Of a stretch of 64,000 bases of DNA, positions 12,115 through 24,027 are shown piece by piece; the stretch's first letter is position 1, and each line of letters starts with the position of its first letter. The position numbers and the translations under genes are program-made. The stretch lies in assembly GCF_001194135.2 (NCBI RefSeq), contig NC_068981.1:125518422-125582421 (forward strand), given 5' to 3'. Source of the stretch: Octopus bimaculoides (Eukaryota). The notes beneath the pieces are model-generated. The model was not told where the DNA came from, did not search any database, and saw nothing but the letters and a program-made list of their open reading frames with translations.

Positions 12115-12480
12115 TGTTGTTGTTTGCCCTCAGGTCTACTATGGATATAAATCTTAACGTAACTGGCATTATGTTGGTTACAGCAACAAGGGTTCCAGTT
12201 GATTCGACCAATGGAACAGACTGCTCATGAAATTAACATGCAAGTGGCTGAGCACTCCACACACACATGTACCCTTAACATAGTTCTCAGGAACATTCAG
12301 CTTGATACAGAGCATGACAATGCCGACCCTTTGAATTACAAGTACAACTCATTTTTGCCAGCTGAATGGACTGGAGTAACATGAAATAGTGTCTTGCTCA
12401 AGGATGCAACACTTTGCCGGGAATCGAACTCACAACTTTATGATCATGAGCTGATTACCCTGACCACTAAGCCACGAACC
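12115..12480 (-). mobile_element. tRNA-derived SINE (family 3)
   Basis: Shares 'gggttccagttgattcgaccaatggaacagactgctcatgaaattaacatgcaagtggctgagcactccac' with 51003-51378 and 61453-61820. Head ...gggaatcgaactc...accactaagccacg. Confidence 0.8.
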
Positions 12481-12639
12481 TTTACTGGATGTAAATAGCA
12501 ACCACTGAATTTAATAAATATTTCATCAGAGATGTTATAATAATAACCTTGTTTTTTTTTGTTTTTGTTTTTTGTGCTTGTTTTTTTATTGACAATCAAG
12601 ATTACTTTGAAAACAACAGGAGATTTGATTGTTATTTTT

Positions 12640-13115
12640 ATCAACTCCTCTCAGGGTTGATAAATTACGTACCAGTTGAGCAATGGGGTTGACAAAATCA
12701 ACTAGTGCCCTCCCTCAAAATGTCAAGTCTTGTACCTATTGTAGAAAGGGCTATTATGATTATTATAAAAGTGGAAAGCTGGCAAAATTGTTAGCATGCC
12801 AGGTAAAATGCTTAACAGTATTTCATCTGTTTTTACATTCTGAGTTCAAATTCTGCTAAGGTTAACTTCGCCTTTCTTCCTCTCGGGGTTCATAAAACAA
12901 GTATCAGTTAAGCACTAGGGTTGATCTAATCAACTTACACTCTACCCCAGAATTTCAAGACTTGTGCCTATAATAGAAAAGATTCTTATTATTATTATTC
13001 CACTAAGGTCAACTTTGCCTACTGTTCTGGGGTTAATGTAAAAAGTACTAATTAAGCACTGGGGTCAATGAAACTGACCAGCCTCCTCCCACAAAATTTC
13101 AGGCTTTGTGTCTAT
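12640..13115 (+). mobile_element. Three adjacent SINE family 2 copies (one full, two partial)
   Basis: Head 'gaaagctggcaaaattgttagcatgcc...ttctgagttcaaattctgc' at ~12770. The body 'ggggttgataaa...accagttgagca.tggggt' is repeated three times, separated by (ATT)n. Confidence 0.75.
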
Positions 13116-13152
13116 AGTATTATTATTATTGTTTTTTATATATACAGATAAT

Positions 13153-13186
<34 letters not shown>

Positions 13187-13240
13187 CTATCTCTTTCTCT
13201 CTCTCTTTCTCTTTCGCTCTCTCTTCCTTTCATCTTTTAG

Positions 13241-13295
13241 TTCATCAGAAGGACTAACATCTAAAATGTCAAATCAAAGACACTCATCTTTTCAT
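13241..13295 (+). CDS. Candidate 55-nt exon (SSEGLTSKMSNQRHSSFH), gene unknown
   Basis: Long CT tract, cttttAG acceptor and GTAAGC donor; one open frame. Confidence 0.25.
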
Positions 13296-13629
13296 GTAAG
13301 CATTATAACTACTACCATATTCAGCATGTTCTTTGTGTTGTTTTTAACGATTTCCACACACATATTTGTGATACTCCTCCAACCTATGTCAGCATGGAAA
13401 AGCAGATATAAAATCATCATATAATGCAATTTTGTTGTATTTTGCTTTTTTTGCCTATTTCATAATATTTAATTTTTTTTCTTCTTTTTTCCAGGTAAGA
13501 ACGCCACCAAATATGGTAATGTAGAAAACTTTATTGAAAGATACTGCACAGTTTTTGTCCCTATTAATTCTGAACATGAATATAAAAATGTAAAGATAAC
13601 TGAATATGTAACAACATAGCTTCATGAAT

Positions 13630-13710
13630 AATACATACATACATACATAAATACATACATACATATATACATACATACATATATACATACATGCATGCAT
13701 GCATGCATAC
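13630..13710. repeat. (CATA)n/(CATG)n microsatellite
   Basis: Direct reading. Confidence 0.9.
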
Positions 13711-15487
13711 ATTAAAAATCAATTCTAAAAATTAAAAGAAATTATTTTCTTTTTCTGAATATTTTATCAAAGATTATGTGATAAATGAATTAAACTAAAC
13801 CAGAAAATGTTGAATTAAAATATGAATTGAATCTTGATTCTTTTTCTCCTTTACATACTTTTTTAATTTTATGTGAATGCATATAATATTCTTGTTATGA
13901 TGAAACTTATGCAAACCAAGTTACATGTTATGAAAGTATTGAACTTACTGATACCACATTGAATGAACATGCTGGCTTTCAATGAAAATGTTTAGGCGAT
14001 GACAAATATGTTAACATATCTTTTAATTCTGTTTAAATGCTATATCTTGCAAGAGAAAGATTAAATATTTTGCCAATCAGTTTTTTCGATGACTGATATT
14101 TCTGTTATAGGTCTATAGTTCTATCATCTAAGTTAAAATTTTTGAAATATTAAACGTTTTACTTCAGTGAAAAACTGAAGTAAGGAGTGAATGAATACAA
14201 ATAGTTCTAACCATTTTTCTTGTAACAAACTTTCTAAATCATATCTTCTTGTGAGAATGTTAACAGTCTTTTTAAGGAATTAACACACAAGGTTATTATA
14301 AATATAACCTATTTTTTATTTATTTACTGTCTGAATTTCTGAGATGAATAATTAGGTATCATTTTTATATACTGACATACTTGAACAAATGTCCTCATCT
14401 TGTTTGTTATACTCAGAACATTAGGCATTGTACCTTCCAGGCTTCCTCAAGTACCTTTAACGTTCAGTCAGTAACATACTCCAAATTTCAAACAGAATAC
14501 TTTATTAAATCCACAGAGGTTGATTGTCCTCATTCTAGAATAATAGAATAGTAAATACAAACATTAAGTGTCAATCGTTAAGTGTAGCAGTTTACCTAGT
14601 AAGTATAAGTTCAATTCCTGTGTTACTTATGCTATGGTTCAAATGAAATGAGCAAACAACATCACAAATAAGAGAATAACTAACCAATAAGATATTACTG
14701 ATATGGGCAATAGAATCAAAACAATCTACCCCATAGATTTAAAAATAGGTTTGGTTCTAGATTGCAAGAATATTAATGAAAATGACAGGCACCTAAAGAT
14801 AGCCAGGAGTACAATGGCTGAAACATTTGGAGAAATATTTATAGGATTGATAATGATCCAAAAATAGCAAATGAAGTGACATCCAGAAAATCTGTAATGC
14901 ATTAATCTGATCATGTAGTTTGTCAAATAGGACTCTCAAGGGCGTTGGCAGATTGAAATATGTCACCTTTTAGTAGGTAAATTAAAATCCCAGCGCTGCA
15001 GCATGTATTTTGTATTTACTCTATTTCACACATTTGACACAGTCCAATGCATAGAAATAAGTAACATATATATATATATATATATANNNNNNNNNNNNNN
15101 NNNNNNNNNNNNNNNNNNNNNNNNNNNNNNNNNNNNNNNNNNNNNNNNNNNNNNNNNNNNNNNNNNNNNNNNNNNNNNNNNNNNNNNNNNNNNNNNNNNN
15201 NNNNNNNNNNNNNNNNNNNNNNNNNNNNNNNNNNNNNNNNNNNNNNNNNNNNNNNNNNNNNNNNNNNNNNNNNNNNNNNNNNNNNNNNNNNNNNNNNNNN
15301 NNNNNNNNNNNNNNNNNNNNNNNNNNNNNNNNNNNNNNNNNNNNNNNNNNNNNNNNNNNNNNNNNNNNNNNNNNNNNNNNNNNNNNNNNNNNNNNNNNNN
15401 NNNNNNNNNNNNNNNNNNNNNNNNNNNNNNNNNNNNNNNNNNNNNNNNNNNNNNNNNNNNNNNNNNNNNNNNNNNNNNNNNNNNNNT

Positions 15488-15599
15488 CACTCTCACAGTG
15501 TGGTACCTTGGGCAAGTGTCTTCTACTAAAGCCTTGAACTGACCAAAGTCTTGTGAGTGGATTTGGTAAATGGAAACTGAAAGAAGCCTATCGTGAAAA

Positions 15600-15641
<42 letters not shown>

Positions 15642-15808
15642 TGTTCTTCCATTACCACTTGAAAGCTGGTGTTGGTTTGTTTATGTCCCCATAACTTAGC
15701 GCTTCAGCAAAAGACAGATAGAATAAGTGCTAGGCTTAAAAACTAAGTCCTGGGGTGGTGCTCCAGCATGACCACAGACAAATGACTGAAACAAGTAAAA
15801 GAATAAAA

Positions 15809-15810
<2 letters not shown>
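15488..15810 (+). mobile_element. SINE family 1 (5' end in gap)
   Basis: 'ccttgggcaagtgtcttctactaaagcc...gtgagtggatttggta', internal (GT)n, and tail 'ggtgctccagcatgaccacagacaaatgactgaaacaagtaaaagaataaaag'. Confidence 0.85.
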
Positions 15811-15852
<42 letters not shown>

Positions 15853-16139
15853 AAATACGCAACAAAGATATCCAGAGGTAATGCAGTACGATCGTTTCAT
15901 GCTTCTCCATTTAATTGAATAACGTAATCAATACATCAATTTAAAATGTAGAACAGAATACTGCAGAATTTTTTTCAGTGAAGAGGTCACAGTCTGAAAG
16001 TGACAAAAATATTTTGACAAATTAAATTTAAATGCTGAAGTGAATCTAACAGTTTTTTTTGTGTGTTTTTTTTTAAATGGCTTATAAAAACCTTCCACGC
16101 TGCAATTGTTTATCGCTGACCACAACATTTAAATTGTTT

Positions 16140-16292
16140 TTCTCCTTGTTTTTCTCCTTATTTCTTTCTGTTGAAGAGCGTAGCTTGAAATGTTAAAGAC
16201 TTTCTCTATTCCCGAGCATTAAACTAATACATCCTTTTGTTGTATACACCACCTGTCCTCGTCTGTTGTTGTTTTTTTTCGTAAATTCTCCC
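16140..16292 (+). repeat. Interspersed repeat end with degenerate hammerhead-like motif (Penelope-like terminus?)
   Basis: tcttt-CTGTTGA-a-gagcgtagctt-GAAA-tg-TT-aaaga. Its 3' part (16215-16290) has a reverse-complement homologue at ~7165-7240. Confidence 0.45.
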
Positions 16293-16323
<31 letters not shown>

Positions 16324-16348
16324 TTTATATCTGCTTAATTACTTGTTG

Positions 16349-16420
16349 AGAAGAGCTGTGCAGTGGGAGCATGCTGAGCCCATAACCCAGAGGTCTACAG
16401 GCCTAAACTATGCTCTGCAA
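16349..16420 (+). pseudogene. Initiator tRNA-Met (CAT) pseudogene
   Basis: AGAAGAGCTGTGCAGTGGGAGCATGCTGAGCCCATAACCCAGAGGTCTACAGGCCTAAACTATGCTCTGCAA aligns end-to-end (72 nt) with the conserved eukaryotic tRNA-iMet. The anticodon arm GCCCATAACCCAG is intact; the T-arm/B-box is destroyed and CpG-type transitions are present. Confidence 0.9.
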
Positions 16421-16481
16421 AGGAAAGGATACTATTTTTGATATTTATACATGTCAACTGAGTTTTTGACAAACAGACCAG

Positions 16482-16681
16482 GTATTGTAAGATACAGAAA
16501 TAAATTTATTTCTGAAACACGTGATAATGCTATAAATAGCATGATCAGGATAAATTATCCATATAATGCAGAAAAATACGTTACCAGCCAGCCATGAGAC
16601 TCGAACTCACATCTCTGATCACGCTATTTATAGCATTATCACGCATTTGAGAAATAAATTTATTTCTGTATCTTACAATAC
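16482..16681. mobile_element. Fold-back/MITE with 67-bp inverted arms
   Basis: Arms 16482-16548 and 16615-16681 differ at 4 positions and enclose a 66-bp spacer. No clear TSD. Confidence 0.8.
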
Positions 16682-17024
16682 ATCTCAATACTACTAAAGA
16701 CAAACTTTGTTTGTTTACTTTCATCGTAAAGTTGAATATACAGGTATATATATTTACAGGGTTAGATACAAGTTATACCATGCATTAGAAATTTATGCAG
16801 TCAAGGGATCACCAACTGAGCAGAATACACCAAAACCCAAAGTAGTATAGTGGGCAGAGATGGCAACAACCACAGAACTTTTTGCCTAATATATAGGATA
16901 TCAATGTATAACTGATATCTTATGTGCCACAGGTATTGATGCAAGCTTTAGAAATCAAAAGTCTTAGTAAGAATTTATATATCTTCAATAAACAGGTATA
17001 GCAATAGAACATTTTCATTGAGTC

Positions 17025-17415
17025 TTTTATCTATTACTTATTTCTGTCATTGGATTATAGCCATCCTGGGGTAGTCTTAAAGGATTTTTTTTAGTCAAAT
17101 AGATTGACCCTTGTACTTATTTTTAAGTCCAGTACTTTAGTCTATCGATCTCTTTTGCCGAACTGTCAAGCTTGCGAGGAAGCAAACAAACCAACAACAG
17201 TTGCCAAGCAGTGCTGGTGGGATAAACACAAAGATACACATATACACATGTATGTGGTAGGTTTCCACAAGTTTCCATTTATCAAATTCACTCACAAGGG
17301 ATTGGTCACCCAGGGCTATAGTAGAAAACATTTGCTTATGGTGCCTTACAGTGGAACTGAACCCAAAACCACATGGCTGCAAAGCAAACTGCTTAACTAC
17401 ACAGATATGCCTGTG
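17025..17415 (-). mobile_element. SINE family 1
   Basis: Reverse complement of the full family-1 head, body and tail. Confidence 0.8.
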
Positions 17416-18021
17416 GCTATATATATAGAAAGAGAAAACAGAAATCATAGTAGCTGCATGGAACCATGAAACAAAGACATATTGAAATAGTCAAGACAAC
17501 TGAAGTGAGAATTTACAATTAATATAGAAAACATAATCTGGGCAGATTATAATATAACAGTTTATTTACATTAAAAAAATAAATTATTATTTAAAACAAT
17601 TGACAGCGCATTTTCTCACAAAAAAAAATCACTAATAATAAGTAAAATGAAGAAATAAAAAAAATAGATAATATGCCAAATAATATATTTTAAAAAAAAG
17701 CAAACTTAGTATTACTAATTAATTTAAATGCTTAGCATTTTCTCAACTAATAAATGGCATGTTTCTTGATCTGCTTATAACTGAAAAATAAACTACTTCC
17801 GACATATCTATCCAAGAACACAACAGAGCTGAATAATTGTATTGATGTAATAACCAACCAATAATATCAACATCATTATTGCTTTAACAAACTGTCTTTC
17901 ATGCTACTACACACTGGATGATTATGAAAAATTGCATGCTTATATCTTTCTTCTGTGTCATTTCATCTGTGAAGTTCAAAACTACAGGCATAAACCCAGT
18001 GAAATAATTCAGTTGTTATTA

Positions 18022-18077
18022 TACAACAACAACAACAACAACAGCAGCAACAGCAACAACAACAACAACAACAACAA
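18022..18077. repeat. (AAC/AGC)n microsatellite
   Basis: Direct reading. Confidence 0.9.
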
Positions 18078-18078
18078 T

Positions 18079-19197
18079 AATCCTTTCTATTATAGGAACA
18101 AGGCCTGAAATTTGGGTGGGAGGGAACTAATTGATTACATCAACCCCAGTGTTTCATTAGTACTTAATTTATCAACCCCGAAAGGATGAAAGACAAAGTC
18201 AACCTTGGTGGAATTTGAACTCAGAACACGAAAACGGACGAAATGCCACTAAGCAGTTCACCCAGCATGCTAACAACTCTGCCAGCTTGCTGGCCTAATA
18301 ATAATAATCTTTTCTACTATAGTCACAAGGCCTGAAATTTTGTGGGGAGGAATAGCTAATGACATCAACTCCAGTGTTTCACTGGTACTTAATTTATCAA
18401 CCCCAAAAGGATAAAAGGCAAAGTCAACCTTGGCAGCCTAATAATAATAATAACGGTTTTAAATTTTGGCACAAGGTCAGCAAGTTTGGTGGAAGAGGTT
18501 AGTTGATTATGTCGACCCCAGTGCCCAACTGGTACTTATTTTATTGACTCTGAAAGGATGAAAGGCAAAGTTAATCTCAGCAGAATCTGAAGTCAGAACA
18601 TAAAACAGATGAAATGCCGCTAAGCATTTTGCCAGGGATGCTATCAATTCTGCCCGCTCACCACCTTAAAAATGATAATCCCTTCTGCTATAAGCACAAG
18701 GCTTGAAATTTTAGGAGAGGGGATAGGTCGATTACATAGACCTCAGTGGTGATTATTTTATCGACCCTGAAAGGATAAAAACTGAAGTTGACTTCTGCAG
18801 AATTTGAACTTAGAATATAACTAACAATTCTACCAGCTTGAATAATAATAATTGTTACAAATTTTGGTACAAGGCAACAATTTTGAGGAGAGGGAGCAAA
18901 TCAATTACATTGACCCAGTATTTGCCTGGTGCTTTATTTTATCAATCCCGAAACAATGAAAGGCAAAGTTGATGTAAGCAACATGTGAACTCAGAATGTA
19001 AAAGACAGAGGAAACGTTGCTAAGCAATTTGTGTCTGATATGCTAATGAAGCCAGTACAAATTTGAGGGGAGGGAGTAAGTTGATTTAAGTTGCTTACAC
19101 TAACCTCAGTGCTTGACTGATACTTTATTTTATCAAACCTGAAAGGATGAAAGCTAAGTTGACAATGATAGGATTTGAACTCAGAATGTGAAAAAAG
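18079..19197 (-). mobile_element. Head-to-tail stack of six SINE family 2 copies
   Basis: Units at ~18079-18295, 18296-18438, 18439-18665, 18666-18840, 18841-19050 and 19050-19197, each containing 'ttatc.acccc.aaaggatgaaaggcaaagt'. Most are separated by (AAT)n. Confidence 0.85.
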
Positions 19198-19424
19198 AGT
19201 TTTGTAGTAGGAAAAGGAGTAGTAACCTAGGGTTTGTGGTTGTTCTCCAACTATCTCCAGATAGCTGTGTCTCCTACTGAACTTCCTTTTATACTTTTTT
19301 TCTTACATTTTTTAAAAAATATCTGCTTTTTCAAATTCAATTCTATGAAAACCTCCACCATTTTGTTATTTATTCCTATAATGTTTCTTTATCTGTCACC
19401 CTTGTGACAAATAAAGTAATGACA

Positions 19425-19451
19425 TTAATGATGATAATAATAATGATGATG

Positions 19452-19524
<73 letters not shown>

Positions 19525-19531
19525 CAACAAC
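19425..19531. repeat. (AAT/GAT/AAC)n microsatellite
   Basis: Direct reading. Confidence 0.9.
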
Positions 19532-20883
19532 ATTGTGATCTTTTCTTTTATTACAAAAAAGTACTAAGAAAAATGGCAAAAAAAACATACAAAAATAAAG
19601 ATAATAGTGACAGTTATTAAATACAAGCAAAAGCCAATTATAAATCTGTCACAAAATGCTTTGAAATGAATACCTAATAGAAAACCACACAAAAAAAATA
19701 AATGATAATGTTGCAATTAGTATGGAAAGATGAAAATGAAGAAGCATGACTCCTTTTGTAAAGAAACAGCAGCATTTATGTAGCCGCAGTTCAGCCATAG
19801 GTAGAAGATAATTAGGCAATACTGTAAACACACCTCATAAAAGACAAGAAGCAAAACAACACAATGTGATGTAGAGAGAAATAATGATGAATAAACCACT
19901 CCTTGGTAAAATATTCCAGAAGAATTAAACCAACTATTAAAAGCATCCACCTGAGACTAACTATACAGAAGCAAAAATATAAAGGAATTCAATCTGTTGG
20001 CTCGAAACACAGTCTCCATTTTCAACTTCAGAATCATTTTGAAAATATAATTTTTTCACATTGGCATGGGTTGGCTAGACATATTGCCATTAATTAATTT
20101 TTACACCATCTCACCTATGAGGATCAGAATCCTGAGATCTAGTCTTGTAAAATTTCCCCACCCCCATCTAATTTCCTTAAGTTTTTTTTCCTGTCATAAG
20201 TACACAGCATTTTCTCATACAGCAAATATCATCCATTTTCATTATATATCTTTTTCAACATAATCACCTATCTTGTTGCATTACATTAGTTGATTGCATT
20301 TCATATTTAGTTGCTGTCTCACCTCATTTATTCTGTAAGCTTCCTGCAAATCAATGCTCCAGAAACAATCTTTTAAAAGGCTATGAAGGCAGGATAGAAA
20401 ATATGTAGAGAATTTGATGAAATAGTCAACAACATTCCGGCTGGCTTGTATGACCAACAGTGCCTATATACACAGAAATTGCAGCCCAATTGGCAAACTT
20501 TAAGGCATTTTCAAATAAATATTAGAAATACTCAAACTAACATAACATGAAAAAAGTTGCAGGGAAAGATTGCAAACAGTACTGAGGAACGTTGCATGAT
20601 AAACTGACAGCACAATAACCATATAATCATTATTAAAAGAAAATGCATACCCTAACTGGTATACCCAAAACACATCAATCAGATTGAAACAAATGCCTAA
20701 ATATAAACGTTTACTGATAAAAATTAATAGGCCATAACAGTGTGAATAATAAAGTCAGGAACAAAAGCAGTGCCGGCTATAGTTATAAAAGAATTGAATG
20801 ATAAAAAAAAAAAAAGAAATCAAACCCCCAAGAAAAACACTTAAACAGAATGAAATATATCAGATCCTCAGGAAATAGCTTAC

Positions 20884-20916
20884 TTCAGCACATACCCACA
20901 TTTTAATGAATAATCT
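20884..20916 (-). CDS. Candidate 33-nt microexon, gene unknown
   Basis: ttttacttttacctattttctatgtAG acceptor and GTAAGC donor; open as RLFIKMWVCAE or DYSLKCGYVL. Confidence 0.2.
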
Positions 20917-21744
20917 CTACATAGAAAATAGGTAAAAGTAAAACTGAATTCGATCACAAACTAATTTCTCCCCCTTCCCCCAGCACACAAATGCAATGCA
21001 AAACAAATGTCTTCTGTAAATTTAAGCACCTAAGTGTGAATATATAGCATTTACCTATTAACCATCATAACAATCCAACGAAGCATATCAAATCAACATA
21101 GACTAAAAGACATGACCTTAAAACATAATAATAATAATGATAATAATAATAATAATAAAGTTTTTATAAATGGCGTTAATGGAATTGATCTTAGTACAGT
21201 ATTGATTTAATGTTTGTCAATTCAAGAGGGATATTTATATATACAAACAAGGAATTTACTGAAAGCGACTATTAGTATAGCCAGCTCATTCTACTATTGA
21301 ATCTGATAACGTTAAGTTTGACATGTACTATGTACTAAGACTACACAAATTCGAGCTTATGTTAGTAGTTTCTGAATAGTTCTACGACCTCGAATTATTT
21401 GAATGTAAGAGCTAAAATACACATACACCATTTAGAGGAGCACTTTTTATAATCTGCAAATCATTGTTTAAAACATCTGAAAATCATCAATCCATGAAAG
21501 AACCAATTGAAAGTCAATAATCTAAAATGTTTTCAAAAGTATGTCAGGGATTTGAATAATGAAAATATAATTTGGAAGTTGAAGTGGATAGAAATAAATA
21601 TATGTCATAAAGGAAATATGACTGTAAAATAATATCTGAATAGGGAGGGAGCATAGTTAAATGGATACAAGTAACCATTAACCCATGCAAGTATGGTAAG
21701 ACATGTAAAATAATGCTGTGTGTGTGTGTGTGTGTGTGTGATTT

Positions 21745-22201
21745 TAATGTCTATGATGTAGCACATCAGATGGAGGTTGTCATGGATGCTCCAGCCCGGC
21801 ACAGCGCATGTTTGTGCCTTGTCGACCAGTTTCTCGATGACAAGCGCCAACCTGGGCCAAAATTTTCAAATCTGCATTGAGCAGAGTGATGGGCCTAAAG
21901 TTCTCTATTACGTCCCCCTTGTTTGGATCTTTCCTCAACAGCGTTATGGCTCCTCGGCTCACAAAACCGGGGATGCTCCCGTTTTGCTGCCAGTTGCAGT
22001 ACACTGCTGCAAAGACATCTCCAAACAAGTCTGGCATACAACTGCAAAGTTCGTAGGGCAGACCATCCAAACCCGGCGATTTGCCCTTCGAGCATCCCAC
22101 CATGATGGCACCTTTGCAACATTCTGCCTCTCTTGCTGAGAGTCGTGGCAGGTAGGCTCTTAAAGTCCACTCTTCATTCTTGCTCGCCTCAAACAACCGG
22201 G

Positions 22202-22203
<2 letters not shown>
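21745..22203 (-). mobile_element. L1/Tx1-clade LINE internal RT fragment
   Basis: GKSPGLDGLPYE...FRPITLLNADLKILA then frameshifted LALVIEKLVDKAQTCAVPGWSIHDNLHLMCYIID. These are L1/Tx1 RT domain 0-2 motifs; the block is GC/CpG-rich. Confidence 0.9.
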
Positions 22204-22274
<71 letters not shown>

Positions 22275-22288
22275 CAGACAGACAGACA

Positions 22289-22329
<41 letters not shown>

Positions 22330-22335
22330 ACAGGC

Positions 22336-22366
<31 letters not shown>
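22204..22366. repeat. Compound microsatellite (GA)n-(CAGA)n-(CAGG)n-(CAGA)n
   Basis: Direct reading. Confidence 0.95.
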
Positions 22367-22367
<1 letters not shown>

Positions 22368-23345
22368 TTGTGTATATCTTTTAATGTCAAAAAAGCAACT
22401 TATTGATTTGCAAGGATTTGATAAAATAATTTCATGGCTGAACCAAAACCAGAATTGATATGATTGAATAAAACTTTTGAAGGGAGTATCCACAGCACTC
22501 TCCAACAGTTTTAGGCTATCACATTTGCCCTATGAAGCCTAACTGCTGCTAAAGGCCTCAAATTACTTAGGGATGTGATACATATGAGTCAATTATGGCA
22601 GTGAGTTTCTTTTACACCACATACCTCAATTATCTATAGTCATTCCACTGACCCACTAGAGGTGTTTCCCTTAGCTCACTTTTTGTAAAGAACATGTATG
22701 TATAATGTATAAGTGTGTTTTGAAACCAAACAACTAGGGAAAGATGATCCTTAACCTGGCCAACAACACCTTCTTCGATGTATTATAAACTTGCAAAGAA
22801 AATGTCAAAAGAGTGGAAACGTGGGGTGTTGGGTGTTTAGAATGGGGTGACTTTTCTAAGAAATAATATAGTTAAACAAGGTACAATACTTAATTTTTAA
22901 GCACATTAAAATGAATTATTAGAATACAAGAGTACATTGAGTTATCAGTTGGCAGAAAACATAATTGATGATGTTCCAAAGTCCATTATAACTTCACTAT
23001 ATAAGTCCTCAAGGGTAGGTGAAGCTCTACAAGCTTGAAAGGCAATTCACCTAGAAGGCCACTCTAATGTAAAACCTACGACTTGTTGGTCACTGAAGCC
23101 ATCTAATCCTTTTGGGCCATTGTGGTCAGATCTCCAAGTCTAAAGGGTGAGATTAGGCTACACAGACTAACTTTCACTTTAAAACTATTAAGTACAGGCA
23201 GGAAGAAAAGCTTTGAAATGTCAAGTGTCTATTTACATAGTTACTTGAAGATATGCTGCTCTTTATCATGATCTTTGGACACAAAGAAATTGCCATCATT
23301 GTCATATCAGTCACAACTACTTCGTAATTTCCATTAAAAATTAAC

Positions 23346-23697
23346 ATAGGTGCAGACATGACTGTGTGGTAAGAAGCATTCTTCCCAAACACATGATTCC
23401 AGGTTCAGTCCCACTGAGGGACACCTTGAGCAAGTGTCTTCTACTATAGCCTCAGGCTGATCAAAGCCTTGTGAATGAATTTGGTGGACAGAAACTAAAA
23501 GAAGCTTGTCATATGTGTGTGTGTGTGTGTGTGCGTGTGTGCGTGCGGTTACATACCCATAACTTAGCAGTTCAAAGAAAGAGATCGATAGAATAAGTGC
23601 CAGGCATAAAAAAAAATACTGGGATCGATTTCAACTAAAAATTCTTCAAGGTGATGCCACAGCATGGCTGTAGTCCAAAACATGTAAAAGATAAAAG
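23346..23697 (+). mobile_element. SINE family 1
   Basis: 'gcagacatgactgtgtggtaagaagcattcttcccaaacacatgattccaggttcagtcccactg' head, (GT)n and tail. Confidence 0.85.
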
Positions 23698-23807
23698 ACA
23701 GCGATGATAATCAGTATAAATACCTAAAAGAGGTATATTTTGGGCAGGACACTATAACAATATATGAATGATAAACCACTGAACAAAATTAGATTCAGTC
23801 GGATTAA

Positions 23808-24027
23808 ACCTTTAGCATTCAGATTATTCTGTCAAATGTTATGCTTATTTATTCACATTGTTTTGAATTAATTATGGATTATCTTGTAGCTTTGAGATTT
23901 TCACAATGTGATTGCTTATTTTTAGAAGGACATTGTAGGGTAGGTGTGAGAGGCTGTATCTGGCTGGTTTGAACATAAAACTTGTAGAATATTTTGGCAG
24001 GATATGGTGGGTTTGAATACTAAAGTG
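23808..24027 (-). mobile_element. piggyBac-like MITE (TTAA family A)
   Basis: TTAA at 23804-23807 and 24028-24031; reverse complement of 1243-1434. Confidence 0.8.

Noticed and set aside
13892-13984. Tyr-motif peptide SCYDETYANQVTCYESIELTDTTLNEHAGFQ* as a terminal exon
   Set aside because: In-frame stop immediately upstream and no AG acceptor at its start.
19649-20700. Multi-pass membrane-protein-like or Helitron-like fragments
   Set aside because: Same compositional artefact; fragments need several frameshifts and no convincing family motif was found.
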